Shown: one piece after another, positions 60,983-64,000 of the stretch
Numbering within the stretch: position 1 is the first letter of the stretch
Layout: every line of letters begins with the position of its first letter
Source: Myxococcota bacterium
Lineage (GTDB): Bacteria; Myxococcota_A; UBA9160; UBA6930
Assembly: GCA_965223705.1 (NCBI GenBank)
Contig: OZ245015.1
Location: 672,001-736,000, forward strand
Length of the DNA stretch: 64,000 nt
Direction of reading: 5' to 3'
Translations under genes and position numbers: made by a program
The notes under the pieces: model-generated
What the model was told of the DNA's origin: nothing
The model's database searches: none
What the model saw: only the letters and a program-made list of their open reading frames with translations

Positions 60983-63634
60983 TTGTCCCGTTCGTCCGCG
61001 AAGCAACCAACCGCTAAGGAAATTCGCGAGCTCTTTCTCCATTTCTTCGAGGAGAAGGGGCACCGGCGGGTTGCCAGCGCGCCGCTCCTACCCGACTCCG
61101 ATCCGACGCTGATGTTCGTCAACGCCGGGATGGTCCCGTTCAAGCGCGTCTTCCTGGGCGAGGAGACCCGGGACTATCGGCGGGCGACCACGTCGCAGAA
61201 ATGCATGCGGGTCTCCGGGAAGCACAACGATCTCGAGAATGTCGGGCGCACACCGCGCCACCACACGTTTTTCGAGATGCTGGGAAATTTTTCCTTCGGC
61301 GACTACTTCAAGGAAGACGCCATCGCCTACGCGTGGGAGCTCGTCACCGAAACCCTGGGCATTCCCGACGATCATCTCGTGGTCAGCGTGTTCCGGGAGG
61401 ACGACGAGGCCGCCGACATCTGGGAGAACCGGGTCGGTCTTCCGCGAGAACGAATCTATCGCCTGGACGAAGACGAGAATTTCTGGTCGATGGGAGACAC
61501 GGGGCCATGCGGCCCTTGTTCGGAGATTCACTACGACTACCAGCCGGGAGGCGCGTACGACGAAGACGATCCGTCCTCCGAGACCGGTCGTTTCCTCGAA
61601 ATCTGGAACCTCGTCTTCATGCAGTTCGACCGGGACGCGGCGGGCACCCTGACACCGCTGCCCGCTCCGTGTGTCGACACGGGGGCGGGGCTCGAACGAC
61701 TCGCGGCGGTGCTCCAGGGCGCGCCCTCAAACTACGACACGGATCTGTTTCGCGGCATCATCGCGCGCGCTTCGGAGCTCTCTGGGAAGTCGCCGGGGGA
61801 AAGTTCCGAGACGGACGTCTCGCTCCGCGTGATCGCCGATCACGCTCGGGCGGTTTCGTTTCTGGTAGGCGACGGCGTGCTCCCGAGCAACGAAGGGCGC
61901 GGTTACGTCCTTCGACGCATTTTGCGGCGCGCGGCCCGGCACGGTGTCTTGCTCGGAATGGATCGCCCGTTCCTACACGAGGTGACCGGAGCGGTCGTCG
62001 ACGAGATGGGCGAGGCGTATCCCGAGCTGGTCGATCGAAAGGCGTACATCGCCGATCGCGTCCGCCGCGAAGAAGAGCGGTTTCTCGAGACACTCTCCAA
62101 AGGGCTGTCCCTTTTGGAAGACGAGATCAAGGCGGTCAAAGAAAGCGGTCGTCGCGAGTTACCGGGCGCCGTCGTGTTCAAGCTCTACGACACGTATGGC
62201 TTCCCGACGGATCTCACAGAAGACATCTTGCGCGGGCACGACGTCACCCTCGACGAAGCGGGTTTTCAGCGCGAAATGGAAGCGCAGCGCGAGCGATCTC
62301 GAGAAGCGTGGAAGGGCAGCGGAGACGCTCTGGTCTCCGAAATCTACGGACGCATCGCATCGGATATCACCTGCGCGTTTCACGGTCACGGCGAGCTCGA
62401 AGGCCGTTCGGAAATCCGAGTGGTCATCCGCGACGGTGAGCCCGTCGCGGAAGCGGGTGAAGGCGATGCCGTCGAAATCGTGGTCGAGGCCACACCGTTC
62501 TACCCGGAAGGGGGCGGTCAAGTCGGTGATCGCGGCACGATTTCGACGGACGACGGAGAAGTTTCGATCGACGAGACCGCAAAGCCTGTCGACGGCCTCA
62601 TCGTGCATCGCGGTCGGGTCGAGCGGGGAACCCTTCGGGTCGGCGCCGACGCGCGGCTTTCTGTCGATGCCGTCGCTCGCGCCGCAACGGTGCGCAACCA
62701 CTCGGGGACGCATTTGCTCCATGCGGCGCTGCGACGCGTTCTGGGCGAACAGGCGATGCAAAAGGGTTCGCTCGTCTCCCCCGAGCGCCTGCGCTTCGAC
62801 TTCACTCATGACGCGCCGCTCACGCCGGAGGAGCGCGACCGGATCGAGGATTTCGTCAACACCTGGATCGAAGAAAATGCCGGGGCACAGATCCGCGAGC
62901 TGCCTTACAAGGAAGCGATCGAGGCCGGTGCGATCGCGATCTTCGAAGAAAAATACGGGGACAAGGTGCGCGTCGTTTCCTTCGGCGACGTTTCAACGGA
63001 GCTTTGCGGTGGGACCCACGCGGGGGCGACCGGCGATATCGGAGTCCTGAAGATCGTGTCGGAAACCGGGATCGCCGCAGGTGTTCGACGCGTCGAGGCG
63101 CTGACGGGACTCTCGGCCTTGTCCTACTTGCGCGATCAGGAGACCGGCCTTCGCGAGATCGGCGAGCTACTCCGGGTTCCGGCCAACGAAGCTGCGGCGC
63201 GTGTCGAGAAGCTCTTGGAAGAACGAAAGGCCCTGGAGCGCACCATCGCCGAGCTGCGTTCCGAGCAGCGCGGGGCGACATCGGCAGATCTTCTCGACGA
63301 TGCGCGGGAAGTGAACGGGATTCGCGTTCTCGCCGCTAAGGTGGAAGGCGCGAGTGGCAAAGAGTTGCGCGGCATGGTCGACGATCTCCGCGCTCGACTG
63401 GGGAGCGGCGTCGTGCTGCTCGCCGCGGAAAGCGACGGACGCGCGAGCCTCGCCCTCGGTGTGACACCCGATCTGACGGAGCGCCTGCGTGCCGGCGATC
63501 TCGTCCGAGAAGTCGCCCAGGTCTTGGGCGGCAAAGGCGGAGGGCGACCCGACTTCGCCCAGGCCGGCGGTCCCGATGCGGCGAAGCTCGGCGAGGCGTT
63601 CGAAAAGCTCGACCAACTCGTCTCCGCGGCATGA
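60983..63634 (+). CDS. alaS: Alanine-tRNA ligase
   Basis: FVNAGM, HHTFFEMLGNFSFGDYFK, editing motifs NHSGTHLLH and ELCGGTH, GGKGGGRPDFAQAGG. Confidence 0.99.
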   Translation: MSRSSAKQPTAKEIRELFLHFFEEKGHRRVASAPLLPDSDPTLMFVNAGMVPFKRVFLGEETRDYRRATTSQKCMRVSGKHNDLENVGRTPRHHTFFEMLGNFSFGDYFKEDAIAYAWELVTETLGIPDDHLVVSVFREDDEAADIWENRVGLPRERIYRLDEDENFWSMGDTGPCGPCSEIHYDYQPGGAYDEDDPSSETGRFLEIWNLVFMQFDRDAAGTLTPLPAPCVDTGAGLERLAAVLQGAPSNYDTDLFRGIIARASELSGKSPGESSETDVSLRVIADHARAVSFLVGDGVLPSNEGRGYVLRRILRRAARHGVLLGMDRPFLHEVTGAVVDEMGEAYPELVDRKAYIADRVRREEERFLETLSKGLSLLEDEIKAVKESGRRELPGAVVFKLYDTYGFPTDLTEDILRGHDVTLDEAGFQREMEAQRERSREAWKGSGDALVSEIYGRIASDITCAFHGHGELEGRSEIRVVIRDGEPVAEAGEGDAVEIVVEATPFYPEGGGQVGDRGTISTDDGEVSIDETAKPVDGLIVHRGRVERGTLRVGADARLSVDAVARAATVRNHSGTHLLHAALRRVLGEQAMQKGSLVSPERLRFDFTHDAPLTPEERDRIEDFVNTWIEENAGAQIRELPYKEAIEAGAIAIFEEKYGDKVRVVSFGDVSTELCGGTHAGATGDIGVLKIVSETGIAAGVRRVEALTGLSALSYLRDQETGLREIGELLRVPANEAAARVEKLLEERKALERTIAELRSEQRGATSADLLDDAREVNGIRVLAAKVEGASGKELRGMVDDLRARLGSGVVLLAAESDGRASLALGVTPDLTERLRAGDLVREVAQVLGGKGGGRPDFAQAGGPDAAKLGEAFEKLDQLVSAA

Positions 63635-64000
63635 GTCCGGCTGAACGCGTCCGCGAGGTACGCGTCGGCGACTGCACGATCGGGGGGTCGCACCCGATCC
63701 GCGTGCAGTCGATGACGACCACCGACACGAAAGACGTCCGGGCTACGGCGGACCAAGCGGAAGCGCTCGCCGCCGCCGGATGTGAAATCGTTCGCGTGAC
63801 GGCTCCGTCGCAACGAGATGCAGAAGCCCTCGCGGAAATCCGCGCCGAGCTCGATCGCCGCGGCGTCCACGTGCCGCTCGTGGCCGACATTCACTTCACG
63901 CCAAACGCCGCTCTCCTCGCCGCGGAAGCCGTCGAAAAAGTTCGCGTCAACCCCGGAAATTTCGCAGACAAAAAGCGCTTCGAGGTGCGCGAATACACCG
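63631..64000 (+). CDS. ispG: (E)-4-hydroxy-3-methylbut-2-enyl-diphosphate synthase (5' part; runs off the window)
   Basis: Not in the ORF track; my translation gives IGGSHPIRVQSMTTTDT...GCEIVRV...PLVADIHF...KVRVNPGNF. Confidence 0.95.
   Translation, partial: MSPAERVREVRVGDCTIGGSHPIRVQSMTTTDTKDVRATADQAEALAAAGCEIVRVTAPSQRDAEALAEIRAELDRRGVHVPLVADIHFTPNAALLAAEAVEKVRVNPGNFADKKRFEVREYT

Overview
This is a high-GC bacterial chromosomal window made almost entirely of housekeeping genes. The host is a diderm (lolA, an outer-membrane porin, an AsmA-family gene). A PilZ/TIGR02266-type gene, a REC-DnaJ-TPR protein, a PilT paralogue and the pgpA-cinA-thpR-recA-pilT-alaS order suggest a Myxococcota/deltaproteobacteria-like lineage (inference). 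Contents in order: gatA(3')-gatB-asmA-mtnA; a REC/DnaJ/TPR regulator; ilvE; hspQ; an Nmad3-like gene; hpt, npdG and a PurO-like cyclohydrolase; class II ribonucleotide reductase nrdJ behind tandem NrdR boxes and a long structured leader; a full phosphate locus (phoB-phoR-porin-pstSCAB-phoU-IMPase-like) with Pho boxes; ETF-QO, a ferredoxin, an MFS transporter, lgt, slt, moaC, an ECF sigma/anti-sigma pair, radC, pilZ, ssb, plsC, ftsK and lolA; mreB, mltG, ruvX, a HEAT protein, pgpA, cinA, thpR, recA, pilT, alaS and ispG(5'). The standout is a complete, apparently intact Pup-proteasome operon (arc-dop-pup-prcB-prcA-pafA, 42118-48823) in a Gram-negative host. It is preceded by a near-consensus sigma-54 promoter, encodes an N-terminally extended Pup ending in GGE, and is followed by an unknown membrane coiled-coil gene. 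I saw no tRNA, rRNA, CRISPR array or mobile element. All family calls come from recognising motifs by eye; no searches were run.
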